Positions 1 to 9,477 of a stretch of 64,000 nt of DNA are shown piece after piece. The number at the start of each line of letters is the position of its first letter. Positions within the stretch are counted from its first letter, which is position 1. Under the pieces are notes generated by a model. The model was not told the DNA's origin. It made no database searches and saw nothing but the letters and a program-made list of their open reading frames with translations. The DNA is from Acidobacteriota bacterium (GTDB taxonomy: Bacteria; Acidobacteriota; Terriglobia; Terriglobales; Acidobacteriaceae). The position numbers and the translations under genes are program-made. The stretch covers positions 5,184 to 69,183 of the forward strand of contig JAJYSV010000016.1 of assembly GCA_021793405.1 (NCBI GenBank), in the 5' to 3' direction.

Positions 1-105
1 GACCACTACAAACCGACTCCTTCGTCAATGACTCTGAACGAAGCTATCCAAATGTTGAATAACGGCGATATCGCCAAAGATTTGGGTATTACGCCGGAGA
101 AGTGA
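1..105 (+). CDS. 3' end of an unidentified CDS cut by the window edge
   Basis: Frame 1 is open from base 1 to TGA 103-105 (...MTLNEAIQMLNNGDIAKDLGITPEK*). No family recognised; does not look like a DnaA C-terminus. Confidence 0.2.
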   Translation, partial: DHYKPTPSSMTLNEAIQMLNNGDIAKDLGITPEK

Positions 106-260
106 TTCCCTGTGAATCTCTCGCCCTCCAGTGTGCCCTATCACTAAAGAGCGGGGATTAACTTTGCACATTGAGCGCGAGAAAATAACATGCGCGAAAA
201 CCATACCTGTGCAAACTTTGGAGATCTTGGCATTAGTTTTCGCCACGGACACGGTTTGGG

Positions 261-470
261 TGCCACTTTTACCGGATTTGCTTTTTTCCACTGCCCGGTT
301 TTAGAAAACTGGGCGCGTCGTGCCACTGCTTGTTTGCTGGTTTTTGTCCGATTATGCAAATTTCCACTGGCATCTGCTTCTACTACTGTTTCTATGTATT
401 CATATTTTAAGGTTGTTTAGAAGTAGTGCTAACCGCATTTTCAAAGCTCTCGAAAGTCTTCAGTCGCCCA
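261..470. repeat. oriC-like candidate: four same-orientation (T/G)(T/G)CCACT(G) boxes followed by an AT-rich tract, upstream of dnaN
   Basis: TGCCACT 261-267, TTCCACTG 286-293, TGCCACTG 321-328, TTCCACTG 362-369 share the CCAC core of the DnaA box TTATCCACA. An AT-rich stretch follows at about 385-480 (tctatgtattcatattttaaggttgtttag...). Confidence 0.3.
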
Positions 471-665
471 TTTTTTTCATTGGATTGCCCCCTTTTCCGC
501 AGCTAATTTTCGTTCCGCCCCCTAGATTTGTTCACTACAATGAAGGCACAGCAAGAGTGGACTTCGCAGCGCAACACTCCTGTGGTATATAACGTTGAAA
601 AGAGACGATTCTGAATGCCAAGCCTGGAAGTCCAGCCGGAGAAACCAGTGGTTGAGAGTACTGCG

Positions 666-1784
666 ATGGAAATCAGCGTAAATCGGCAACAATTGCTGCG
701 CGAGTTGACTGCCACTCAGGGAGTCGTCGAACGCAAGACGACGATCCCAATTCTGTCGAATTTTCTACTGGAAGCCGATCAGGATCGACTGACAATCACC
801 GCCACCGATCTCGATCAGAGCATTCGCACCTCCTGCGCGGCCAAGGTCAAGAAGCCCGGCGCATGTACTATTCCGGCACGGAAATTGTATGACTATATCA
901 AACTGCTGCCCGATGGAGAAATTGGCATCAAGCTGATGGAGAACCATTGGGTTCAGATTCGGCTGGGCCGCTCGAACACGAAAATGGTGGGCATGGCCCG
1001 CGCCAACTTCCCTCAGGTCTTGCCTTTTCCTACCGCGGGAGCCATACGCCTACCCGCTTCCGTCTTACGCAATATGATTGGCAAGACCATCTTTGCTGTC
1101 GCCAACGAAGAGTCCCGCTATACGTTGAATGGCGCGTTGCTACTGGTCAAATCAGGCAGCCTGACCATGGTTGCGACTGACGGCCATCGCTTAGCGCACA
1201 TCGAGAAGACAGGCGAAAATCTGGCCGTCAGCGGAGAGAAAAGATTGCTGATTCCCCGCAAAGCCCTGGCGGAATTGCAATCTCTGCTGGCGAATACTGA
1301 GGAAGAATTCATCGACTTCTCCGACGATGAGCAGACCCTCTACTTCCAGGTGGGCAATCGTGTTCTGACATCGCGCAAGCTCACCGGCCAATTTCCCAAC
1401 TATGAGGCTGTTCTCCCGCGCGACAACAACCGCTTTGTCATCGTGCGCACCGTCGATCTTCTTGCCTCCATCCAGCGCGTTGCGCAGTTTGCCGACGAAC
1501 GATCGGGTGCAGTAAAGGTACGGCTGGAACAAAACGAAATCAAAATTTCATCGTCTTCGACCGAGGCAGGCGAATCGGAAGACACAATCGAAACGCCCTA
1601 CAACATGGACCCGCTGGTAATTGGCTTCAACTCCGCCTATATGGTCGATTTTCTCAAGGCTGTCGGAGATGTGAGTGAGGTTCGCCTGGAATTCAAAGAT
1701 GCCCAGACCGCCGGCCAGGTTCGTCCCGAAGATACCAAAGACGATTTCCGCTATCGCTATATCATCATGCCGATGCGGATCTGA
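666..1784 (+). CDS. dnaN: DNA polymerase III beta sliding clamp
   Basis: ORF 615-1784 is beta-clamp-like throughout (N-terminus MEISVNRQQLLRELTATQGVVERKTTIPILSNFLLEA, C-terminus YRYIIMPMRI). ATG 666 preceded by GAGAG gives the canonical N-terminus; ATG 615 is the alternative. Confidence 0.9.
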   Translation: MEISVNRQQLLRELTATQGVVERKTTIPILSNFLLEADQDRLTITATDLDQSIRTSCAAKVKKPGACTIPARKLYDYIKLLPDGEIGIKLMENHWVQIRLGRSNTKMVGMARANFPQVLPFPTAGAIRLPASVLRNMIGKTIFAVANEESRYTLNGALLLVKSGSLTMVATDGHRLAHIEKTGENLAVSGEKRLLIPRKALAELQSLLANTEEEFIDFSDDEQTLYFQVGNRVLTSRKLTGQFPNYEAVLPRDNNRFVIVRTVDLLASIQRVAQFADERSGAVKVRLEQNEIKISSSSTEAGESEDTIETPYNMDPLVIGFNSAYMVDFLKAVGDVSEVRLEFKDAQTAGQVRPEDTKDDFRYRYIIMPMRI

Positions 1785-1813
1785 TTTGCGACATTTTTAA
1801 AGCTCTCTGGCTG

Positions 1814-2047
1814 CTATTTTTTAGATCGATTAGTCATGAATTTTGGCGTTGTCACTGAAATTTTCCATTCCGCACCGAGCTTCTGCATGATCCTGAAGTC
1901 ATAGCTGTAGAGATAGAGGTGGTCAGCCACTGTGTCCCTCATAACGGTGTAGGCAAAGTGGTTTTTCCGGATTCTGGGCTCAAATTCTTCAAATTTTTTC
2001 TCAGGCGCCCGATCAAAATGGTCCAGCGTTATTACCGCATCTATCAT
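1814..2047 (-). CDS. hypothetical small protein (77 aa)
   Basis: Only sizeable ORF in the dnaN-cusA gap. No family recognised. Looks lower in GC than its neighbours. Confidence 0.3.
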   Translation of the reverse strand: MIDAVITLDHFDRAPEKKFEEFEPRIRKNHFAYTVMRDTVADHLYLYSYDFRIMQKLGAEWKISVTTPKFMTNRSKK

Positions 2048-2250
2048 CTGCGTGGAGAGAGACTTCCGTCGGCCCGTAGGAGCTTTTGATACGTGGTTGT
2101 CAGGTCACTATGACCCGCGGCATACGACACCCTCTTTACGGCACCGAATCCAATGGCAGTACCGAGTCATATGATGGCATCTCTGTAGCTGGTACAGGAG
2201 AAAAACATGACTTCCCACAAGCCGAGTGATCAGGACTGATCCATAGATTG

Positions 2251-5200
2251 TTATTCGGTAGCGGCTCGCTGCGGGACTTTCTGGTCCGGGCTTCCCGAAG
2301 GTAGACTTCGACGCAACGCTCGCCGATGAATCAGCAGAAAAAACACCGGAACCAGAATCAGCACGTGAATTGTGGATGTAATCATTCCGCCTACAATCGG
2401 GGCGGCAATAGGTTTCATCACGTCCGAACCGATGCCGGTTTCCCACAGGATTGGCGCAAGGCTCAGGATCACAGCCGTCACAGTCATCAGTTTAGGTCGC
2501 AGCCGCTGCACCGCGCCTTCGATGACGGCCAACTCCAATCCCGCTTCCGTCATTGGCGAATCTTTGGCGAGGTGGCGCTCGAAAGCTTCCTCCAGATACA
2601 CCACCATCACCACGCCGGTTTCGACCGCAATGCCGAACAGTGCGATATAGCCGACCCATACGGCAACGCTGAAGTTGTAGCCCAGCGCCCACTGCAGCAG
2701 CAAACCGCCGGACATGGCATAGAGGGTGGGAAAGATCAGCACCGCGGCCTCCGTAACAGATTTGAAGACGAGGTAGAGCAGCAGGAAGATGACGAAGAAG
2801 ACGATGGGAAGGATGATTCTGAGACGCTGTTTCGCGCGCACCTCGAACTCATACTCCCCCGCCCAGCGCCATGTATAGCCGGCTGGAAGCGCCAGTTGCT
2901 GGCGAAGAAGTTGGTCCGCCTGATGCACAAATCCGCCGTAGTCGTTGGTTTTCAGATCGAGATAAACATAGCCGGTGAGTGCGCCGTCTTCGTCTCGGAT
3001 CATGGTGGGACCGCGGGAGAAAAAGACACGCGCCACTTGGCCGATTGGAATCTGCTCTCCCGAAGGAGTCGGGATCAAAGCCTGCGACAAGGCTTCCGGG
3101 TGGTCACGAAAACTGCGCTGGTAGCGCACGGCGATCGGGAAACGCTCGCGGCCCTCGATATTTTGTGCAATGTCTGCTCCGCCAATCTCCGACGTGATGA
3201 CTCGCTGCACGTCGGCCACCGTCAAACCGTAGCGCGCAGCCTCGGGTCGGTTTACTTCCACATTTAGATAGAAGCCCTGGGAAACTCGTTCCGCAAAGAC
3301 GGAGCTGGTCTGCGGCATGCCGGAAAGAATCTGCTGCATGCGTGCTCCAATCTCCTGAATGCGGGTCAGATCGGGTCCTTGAATTTTGATTCCAACCGCT
3401 GTCTTGATGCCGGTCAGCTCCATGTCGAGGCGGTTCTGGACGGGCATGGTCCAGGTATTGGTGAGGCCGGGAAACTGCAGCTTCTCGTCCATATCGTGGA
3501 TCAGCTTTTCGTAATTCATGCCGTGGCGCCACTGATTGCGGGGCTTCAGCATGATGGTGGTGTCGTACATATCAAGAGGCGCATTATCGGTGGCGCTGTC
3601 GGAGCGGCCCACCGTGCCGAACACCGTTGCGACCTCCGGAAAAGAGCGGATGATTCGGTCCTGTTCCTGCATGAGCGAAACCGCTTGCGTTATCGAGATG
3701 CCCGGCAGCGCGCTCGGCATGTAGAGAGCGGAACCTTCATACAACGCAGGCATGAATTGACTGCCGAGGCGGAAGTAGAGAGGAATGGTGGCCGCCAGAA
3801 ACGCAAGATTCAGCGCGATCACCAGCTTCCAGTGGCGCAGGCACCAGCGCAGCACAGGAAGATACATCGCCTGGGTGATGCGAGCAGCAGGATTCTTCGA
3901 TTCCGGCCGCAGCTTTCCGCGCAGGCATAGGGGCATCAACGCCGGAACAAATGTGATGGAGAGCAGAGAGGAGAAGGCGATGGCCAGCGTCTTGGTCCAC
4001 GCCAAAGGCCGAAACATGCGGCCCTCCTGCGCCTCCAGCAGAAACACCGGCAGAAACGAAACAACGATGATGATGAGCGAGTAGAAAAGCGCTGGCCCCA
4101 CCTGCTGTGCAGCGCCGATCAGGATGCGTCGCCGCTCCGATTCCGTCGGCTCTTCTGCACGCTCCGCCAGATGGCGGTATCCATTCTCCACCATCACAAT
4201 CGCGGCATCGATCAGCACACCGACCGCGAGGGCTAGCCCTCCCAGAGACATGATGTTGGAGCTGATATGCAAGTAGTACATGGGGATGAATGCAGCCAGT
4301 ACGGCAATCGGCAGTGTCAGGATGGGGACCAGCGCGGAGCGGAAATGGAACAGGAAGGCCATGCTGACAAAGCTGACGATGATGGCCTCGAGGATCAGGT
4401 CCCGCTTCAATGTATGGATCGACTGATCGATCAGCCAGGAGCGGTCATAGGCTGTGACGATGTCAACCCCGGCAGGCAGCGAGGACGCGATCTCGCGGAA
4501 TTTGGCTTTCACTCCGTCGATCACTTTCAGCGCATTCATGCCGTACCGCATCACGATGATGCCGCCCACGGTTTCGCCCTCTCCCTGCCAGTCGGCTGCG
4601 CCGCGCCGTACGTCAGGACCGAACGATACGGTGCCGAGATCCTTCACCAGCACGGGCGTGCCGTTCTTCGTGGCCAATGGAACATTTTCAAGATCGGAGA
4701 GCGAGCGCAGATAGCCGAGGCCGCGCACCATGTACTCAGCTCCGCTCATCTCCAGAACGCTTCCGCCAACTTCGTTGGTGCTTTGGCGGACTTTATCGAT
4801 GACCGTGGACGCAGAAATGCCATAGGAGAAAAGCTTGTTGGGATCGAGGTTCACCTGGTACTGGCGCACAAAACCGCCAATGCTCGCCACCTCCGCTACG
4901 CCGGGCACGGTTTCGAGCTGGTATCGCAGATACCAGTCCTGCAGCGCGCGCAGGTCGGCCAGGCTGTGGGTGTGGCTCCGGTCCACGATGGCGTACTCAT
5001 ACACCCATCCTGCACCGGTGGCGTCCGGGCCGATCGCGGGATGCACATCCGGCGGCAGCCGCCCCGCAATCTGTTCCAGATACTCCGTGACGCGGGACCG
5101 AGCCCAGTAAAGATCGGTGCCATCCTGAAAAACGACAAAGATATAGGAATCGCCGAACATGGTTTGCGCACGCACGCTTTTCACTTTGGGAGCAGAGAGC

Positions 5201-5418
5201 AACGTAGTCACAATCGGGTACGTCACCTGATCTTCAATCACGTTCGGCGGCTCGCCCGCCCACGGTGTGTGAATAATGACTTGCACATCGCTGATATCCG
5301 GCAGCGCGTCGAGCGGAACGTGCTGCATGCACCACACGCCGGCGACAACCAGAAGTATGGCTCCCGTGAACACCAGGAAAGGATTGCGCGCGCACCAGGC
5401 AATGATTCGCGAGATCAT
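2251..5418 (-). CDS. cusA: heavy-metal (Cu/Ag type) RND efflux pump, inner-membrane subunit
   Basis: 1055-aa RND/HME-type ORF. Segments matching the E. coli CusA Met triad contexts are present (LYMPSALPG, PLDMYDTT, NRLDMELTGIK). Its ATG overlaps the cusB stop (ATGA 5415-5418). Confidence 0.9.
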   Translation of the reverse strand: MISRIIAWCARNPFLVFTGAILLVVAGVWCMQHVPLDALPDISDVQVIIHTPWAGEPPNVIEDQVTYPIVTTLLSAPKVKSVRAQTMFGDSYIFVVFQDGTDLYWARSRVTEYLEQIAGRLPPDVHPAIGPDATGAGWVYEYAIVDRSHTHSLADLRALQDWYLRYQLETVPGVAEVASIGGFVRQYQVNLDPNKLFSYGISASTVIDKVRQSTNEVGGSVLEMSGAEYMVRGLGYLRSLSDLENVPLATKNGTPVLVKDLGTVSFGPDVRRGAADWQGEGETVGGIIVMRYGMNALKVIDGVKAKFREIASSLPAGVDIVTAYDRSWLIDQSIHTLKRDLILEAIIVSFVSMAFLFHFRSALVPILTLPIAVLAAFIPMYYLHISSNIMSLGGLALAVGVLIDAAIVMVENGYRHLAERAEEPTESERRRILIGAAQQVGPALFYSLIIIVVSFLPVFLLEAQEGRMFRPLAWTKTLAIAFSSLLSITFVPALMPLCLRGKLRPESKNPAARITQAMYLPVLRWCLRHWKLVIALNLAFLAATIPLYFRLGSQFMPALYEGSALYMPSALPGISITQAVSLMQEQDRIIRSFPEVATVFGTVGRSDSATDNAPLDMYDTTIMLKPRNQWRHGMNYEKLIHDMDEKLQFPGLTNTWTMPVQNRLDMELTGIKTAVGIKIQGPDLTRIQEIGARMQQILSGMPQTSSVFAERVSQGFYLNVEVNRPEAARYGLTVADVQRVITSEIGGADIAQNIEGRERFPIAVRYQRSFRDHPEALSQALIPTPSGEQIPIGQVARVFFSRGPTMIRDEDGALTGYVYLDLKTNDYGGFVHQADQLLRQQLALPAGYTWRWAGEYEFEVRAKQRLRIILPIVFFVIFLLLYLVFKSVTEAAVLIFPTLYAMSGGLLLQWALGYNFSVAVWVGYIALFGIAVETGVVMVVYLEEAFERHLAKDSPMTEAGLELAVIEGAVQRLRPKLMTVTAVILSLAPILWETGIGSDVMKPIAAPIVGGMITSTIHVLILVPVFFLLIHRRALRRSLPSGSPDQKVPQRAATE

Positions 5419-6995
5419 GCCATGCCTCCCGTGACGCTCACGCTGAGTTGCTTGTTGGCTATGACGTTGCCGCCGCGCTGCACAGTCACATTCACCTGCC
5501 AGGTCCCGCCCGATTCCAGTTGCAATGGGCCTTCATAGAAACCGTTTCCCTTATCGATCAGCGTGACGGTCGCGCGCTTGGCCGCCATCCCCATGGCGGG
5601 CATCGCCGGCATCAGAAATGTCGCGGTCACCTGCGCTCCCGCGACCGGCTTCCCATCCGGACCGGTCAGCTTCACACGCACAGTATTCGTGCCTTTGTGC
5701 GGTGGATCAGGCTGCGTGCTGAAGTCGATCTGCATCTGCGCAGCAGACGCGGCGTTTGCCGATCCGCCCGCCGTTTGCGGCAGAGGCGAAAAAGCCTGAA
5801 GCGCCTGCTGCAGCTGCGCTTCCGAGTCCACCAGAAAGTTGGCGGAACTGACTACCTGTTCGCCGGCCTTCAGACCCTGAAGGACGATCACGGAATCGTC
5901 AAGCTGCGGTCCAGTCTCAATCGTGCGCGGCTCCAGATTGCCATTGCCGTGGTTGATAAACGCGATGGCCCGCGAGCCGGTTTGCAGAACGGCGGAAGCT
6001 GGGATGACCAGCTGCCGCCCAAGCGGGACTGCAATCGCGACATTCACATACATCCCCGGCTTCAGCACAACCCCAGGGTTGCGGAAGACCAGGCGCACTC
6101 GCACGGTGCGCGTTGTCGGATCGACTTGCGGCAGAACCTGGTCGATGCGGCCGTTGAAATGTCGTCCGGGATAAGCATCGACCGTGACCTGTGCCGGATC
6201 GCCCGGCTTCAGACGGCCAACGTCGTTTTGAAATACATTGGCGTACACCCACACTGTCGAGAGATCGGCAATCGTGTACAACTTCGTATCCGGCTGCACA
6301 TAGGCGTTCGGCAATGCGTTGCGCTCAATGATGTAGCCGGAAACCGGCGAATCGATCGCAATGTTGCGTTCGACCGCGCCGCTTTGCTTCAGGTTTGTGA
6401 TTGCCTGCGCCGGAACGCCGAATTGCCGCAGGCGTTCCTCGGCGGCCTGCAGCAGCCAGCCGCTCTCGTGCGCGGCCATGCCGTGGGCATCCCCCGCAAA
6501 GGCACCTTCGTTTTGCTTGGCCAGCAAATATTCCTGCTCGCTGCTTACAAGGTCTGGGCTGTACACGGTAAACAGGCGCTGCCCCTTATGCACGTACTGG
6601 TAAGTCGCATTGGCGAAGACGTTCTGAATCCAACCAGGAAAGCGAGTCTGCACATACGAGAGCCTCTCCTCATCGATGTCCACATTGCCTGGAACACTCA
6701 GGTTGTCGTTCACGTCCTTCAATTCGACTGTCGCCATCGTCACGCCGATTTCCTGCAGGCGCTGCGGCGACAACTGCACCGTGGCCAACGCAGCACCGGT
6801 CGCTGCCGGCGCGGTGCTTGAAGAAGACGTCGGCTGGGACGATGGCTCGGGTCCATGAGCAATCACCGGATTCTGCGACGCGGCATTCGAAGCCGCATGA
6901 TTTCGCTGCGAGAGGACGTAGGCAAGAGCGACTGCGAGCGACAGGCAAATCACAACAGCCGCCGCAAGCGAGATCTGGTAGGAACGAGTCTTCAT
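5415..6995 (-). CDS. cusB: RND efflux periplasmic adaptor (CusB/CzcB-like) with extra C-terminal FixH/YtkA-like domain
   Basis: 526 aa with an N-terminal membrane anchor and a membrane-fusion-protein core. The last ~106 aa (5418-5735) form an added beta-rich domain carrying the motif FLMPAMPAMGM (5586-5615). ATGA overlap with cusC at 6992-6995. Confidence 0.85.
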   Translation of the reverse strand: MKTRSYQISLAAAVVICLSLAVALAYVLSQRNHAASNAASQNPVIAHGPEPSSQPTSSSSTAPAATGAALATVQLSPQRLQEIGVTMATVELKDVNDNLSVPGNVDIDEERLSYVQTRFPGWIQNVFANATYQYVHKGQRLFTVYSPDLVSSEQEYLLAKQNEGAFAGDAHGMAAHESGWLLQAAEERLRQFGVPAQAITNLKQSGAVERNIAIDSPVSGYIIERNALPNAYVQPDTKLYTIADLSTVWVYANVFQNDVGRLKPGDPAQVTVDAYPGRHFNGRIDQVLPQVDPTTRTVRVRLVFRNPGVVLKPGMYVNVAIAVPLGRQLVIPASAVLQTGSRAIAFINHGNGNLEPRTIETGPQLDDSVIVLQGLKAGEQVVSSANFLVDSEAQLQQALQAFSPLPQTAGGSANAASAAQMQIDFSTQPDPPHKGTNTVRVKLTGPDGKPVAGAQVTATFLMPAMPAMGMAAKRATVTLIDKGNGFYEGPLQLESGGTWQVNVTVQRGGNVIANKQLSVSVTGGMA

Positions 6996-8350
6996 GGTTT
7001 CACCTCCGGCATGACGGTCTGCAACTGATTGAGAGGAGCGCCCGTGGCGAGTTCGAGATCGGCGAGGCGCGTGTCGAAATCGGCAACCGCTTGGATCCAG
7101 GCAAGGTCGATGTCGATGACTGTCATCTGGCTGTCGAGTAGATCGAGAAAGTTCGTTTTGTCGTTTTCATAGGCGATGACGCTCGACTGCAGCGTGGCTT
7201 CGGCCTGGGGCTGGAGCGTGTCGTGATAGAGAAGCGCGAACCTCTGCGCCGCCCGCGCTTGGACAAGCGCCTCCTGGACCTGCCCGAATGCCGCATTGCG
7301 CAGCTCGGCCAGCTCCGCGTCCTGTTCGGTGGCCTTGGCTGTGGCTTCGGCAATTTCCGCATTGTGCTTGCGATGGTTCAGCCAGGGCAGGTTCATCGAA
7401 GCCTCCACCATGTAGTTGTTGCGCATCTTGACGGTGGGCGGCATCAGCATGTACCCGCCTGAAACTGTGAGGTCCGGGATGTATGCCTTCTTTGCCAGCG
7501 CCTGCTCTTTGCGGCTCCGCTCCGCGGCGACTCGAGCCGCAACCAAATCGGGCCGCGAGTGGAGAGCCAATTCTTCCAGCGCCTGTTCGTCGGGCAGCGG
7601 CGCCAGCACTGCGTACGCTCCATGCATATTGAGCGGCGCGGCAGGATCGCGCCCAAGTAGGGTATTCAGGCGGGCGCGCGCCAGATCCGCATCGCGATCG
7701 AAGCGAATCATGTGTTCCGCCAACTGCGTGAGCGCAACCTGCGCCTTCAATATGTCCTGTTGCGGAACCTTCCCCACTGCGTATTTGATTCGGGCCGCCT
7801 CAATGGCCTGCCGCGCAATGCCAACATGCTGCGCGTGAATCTGCAGTTCGTCATTCGCGAGCAACATGTCATCGAAGGCTTTTTGCACGCGCACCTGCAC
7901 TTCCAGCCGCACCTGCTCCAACTCGGCCTTCGATTCGGCCACGTCGGACTCAGCCACGCCGGTGCGCAATCCTCGCTTCCCCGGCCCTGGCAGCGTCTGG
8001 CTCACACTGAACATGTTTTGCGCGTCGTTGTAATTCCATGGTTGCTGCAACGGGACACCCCATCCGCGATACATCGCAGTTGGATCGTCGAGCGCGCCGG
8101 CGGCGGGAACATGGGCTTCAGCGATCGCAACTCGACGCGCCGCAACTTCGATCTCCGGGTTCCTCGCGAGAGCGATCCGCTCCACATCGTCCAGCGTGAG
8201 TGCCGGCCCCGAGGTGTCCGGCGGCTGGCGATCCTCAAGCAATCCGGCGAGACCGCCCAGGCCGCCGCCGTTGCCCGCTGCTTGAGCACGACAGACATGG
8301 GCAGGCGCAGTGAGCAGAAGAACGCAAAATACAGAGATAAAGGTTTTCAT
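6992..8350 (-). CDS. cusC: TolC-family outer-membrane efflux protein
   Basis: OMF-type sequence. ATG at 8350 yields the signal peptide MKTFISVFCVLLLTAPAHVCRAQA and is preceded by GGAGGGGAG. The longer track ORF to 8521 is unlikely. Confidence 0.85.
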   Translation of the reverse strand: MKTFISVFCVLLLTAPAHVCRAQAAGNGGGLGGLAGLLEDRQPPDTSGPALTLDDVERIALARNPEIEVAARRVAIAEAHVPAAGALDDPTAMYRGWGVPLQQPWNYNDAQNMFSVSQTLPGPGKRGLRTGVAESDVAESKAELEQVRLEVQVRVQKAFDDMLLANDELQIHAQHVGIARQAIEAARIKYAVGKVPQQDILKAQVALTQLAEHMIRFDRDADLARARLNTLLGRDPAAPLNMHGAYAVLAPLPDEQALEELALHSRPDLVAARVAAERSRKEQALAKKAYIPDLTVSGGYMLMPPTVKMRNNYMVEASMNLPWLNHRKHNAEIAEATAKATEQDAELAELRNAAFGQVQEALVQARAAQRFALLYHDTLQPQAEATLQSSVIAYENDKTNFLDLLDSQMTVIDIDLAWIQAVADFDTRLADLELATGAPLNQLQTVMPEVKP

Positions 8351-8459
8351 CGCTCCCCTCCAACAGAGATACAGTTCATAGCCTGGTCGCGTGTTTGCGC
8401 TATACATCGACGCAGCAAAACACACGAAAGCCCAGGATTGGCCTGGAAAAGAGTGAGTA

Positions 8460-8831
8460 CTAGATGCGGAGGATGGAGTTGCCGGCGGAGGGGAGGATCG
8501 ACGGAGGTGGTGCGAGAGCATTCCCGTCTTCGGCGCTCGTAACGTCGGTCACGGGTAAACTGGCGGGATGAGATACCACAGCAAGCGTCTGCAAATGATC
8601 CGCAGCGTCAGGAGAGACGGGAGCAACAGCCGCACTCTGCCGGTCGACCAGGCAGCACGAACCACTCGCATTCATTGCAGACGAATCGCATGCGTGTGCC
8701 ATGCCATGACAGCACGCATGCTGACCCATCGGCAGGGTCGCCCGCAGACACGCAAAGACCGGCAGCATGGTCCATAGGACCATCATCGCCAGCATCAGGA
8801 ACCCGCGTTGTCTGTTTCTGCCCACTTGCAT
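8460..8831 (-). CDS. small membrane-anchored Cys/His-rich protein, first ORF of the cus operon
   Basis: 123-aa ORF, co-oriented 110 nt upstream of cusC. It has a hydrophobic N-terminus (LMLAMMVLWTMLPVFACL) followed by HACCHGMAHAC ... SGSCC. Start uncertain (8831 or 8795). No family recognised. Confidence 0.5.
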   Translation of the reverse strand: MQVGRNRQRGFLMLAMMVLWTMLPVFACLRATLPMGQHACCHGMAHACDSSAMNASGSCCLVDRQSAAVAPVSPDAADHLQTLAVVSHPASLPVTDVTSAEDGNALAPPPSILPSAGNSILRI

Positions 8832-8885
8832 AGTGTAAACGCCGAGCCTCAGCTGTCAGCATGAAGCTTTTGGAGCAGACTTTGC

Positions 8886-8901
8886 AGTGATGAATATCAC
8901 A
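8886..8901. promoter_or_regulatory. Crp/Fnr-type palindrome GTGA-N6-TCAC upstream of the cus operon
   Basis: AGTGATGAATATCACA. Site centre is about 62 nt upstream of the ORF start at 8831. Confidence 0.5.
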
Positions 8902-9070
8902 TCATTCCGATTCGGAGATCGCGTGTTCGCCAAGATCGATTGCCGAATGCTCGAGCCCTGAGAGGATGAAGTTGGCAAAGGAGCCTCGTTCGGGATTTGT
9001 ACTGAGATACGCTAGCTGTGAAGTTTCACTATTGGTGTAGACCGAAGCGGCGATGATGGCGCAGCTTTTC

Positions 9071-9096
9071 CGTCAAAAAAAGCTGCTCTTCCTTGA
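9071..9096. other. 9-bp-stem hairpin in a low-GC non-coding stretch
   Basis: GCAGCTTTT (9071-9079), loop ccgtcaaa, AAAAGCTGC (9088-9096). Confidence 0.4.
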
Positions 9097-9442
9097 ACTT
9101 CGAGAGTTCACAATAGTAGTGAAAATGCTCTATATCCCTTTCGGGACTGGCCCGGTGCACTGAGGCTGCGCTGGCGGGCGCGTTTTCTTCACAGCCTATA
9201 CCGTGCCGATTATTGAGAATGCGAGACGTCTTTGCGGTTGAGCGAAGTTTGGCCAAGATATGCTTGATTTTCGATCTTGGCCAGAATTTGCGTGATTTGT
9301 TCGTGGCAAAAACTCCGCACTTAAGATTTTTTAGAGCCACCTTTGCGCTTGATCTCAGAATCCGGCAACCCATCTTCGCCGCCGCCGCAGCAGAGTAGAA
9401 TATTCTCGATTTCGACTAATCCCTTGGCCGGTTTTGAAGCGT

Positions 9443-9477
9443 CCACATGCGGTCGGCTGTGAGGCGACCGCATGTGG
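9443..9477. other. perfect 13-bp inverted repeat (hairpin or operator) upstream of the GH97 gene
   Basis: CCACATGCGGTCG (9443-9455), 9-nt loop, CGACCGCATGTGG (9465-9477). No T-run on either side, so it is not a classic intrinsic terminator. Confidence 0.5.

Noticed and set aside
1-105. The partial upstream ORF as the end of dnaA
   Set aside because: The C-terminal residues (...NNGDIAKDLGITPEK) do not resemble DnaA domain IV, so dnaA seems not to precede dnaN here.
4267-6821. Long plus-strand ORFs (4267-5538, 423 aa; 5448-6821, 457 aa) antisense to cusA and cusB
   Set aside because: These are typical high-GC shadow ORFs. Their translations are Arg/Gly/His-rich with no motifs, and they lie entirely inside strongly supported RND and adaptor genes.
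9029-9373. 114-aa minus-strand ORF in the low-GC scar
   Set aside because: Very basic, low-complexity translation with no RBS or family. It is treated as part of possible IS debris rather than as a gene.
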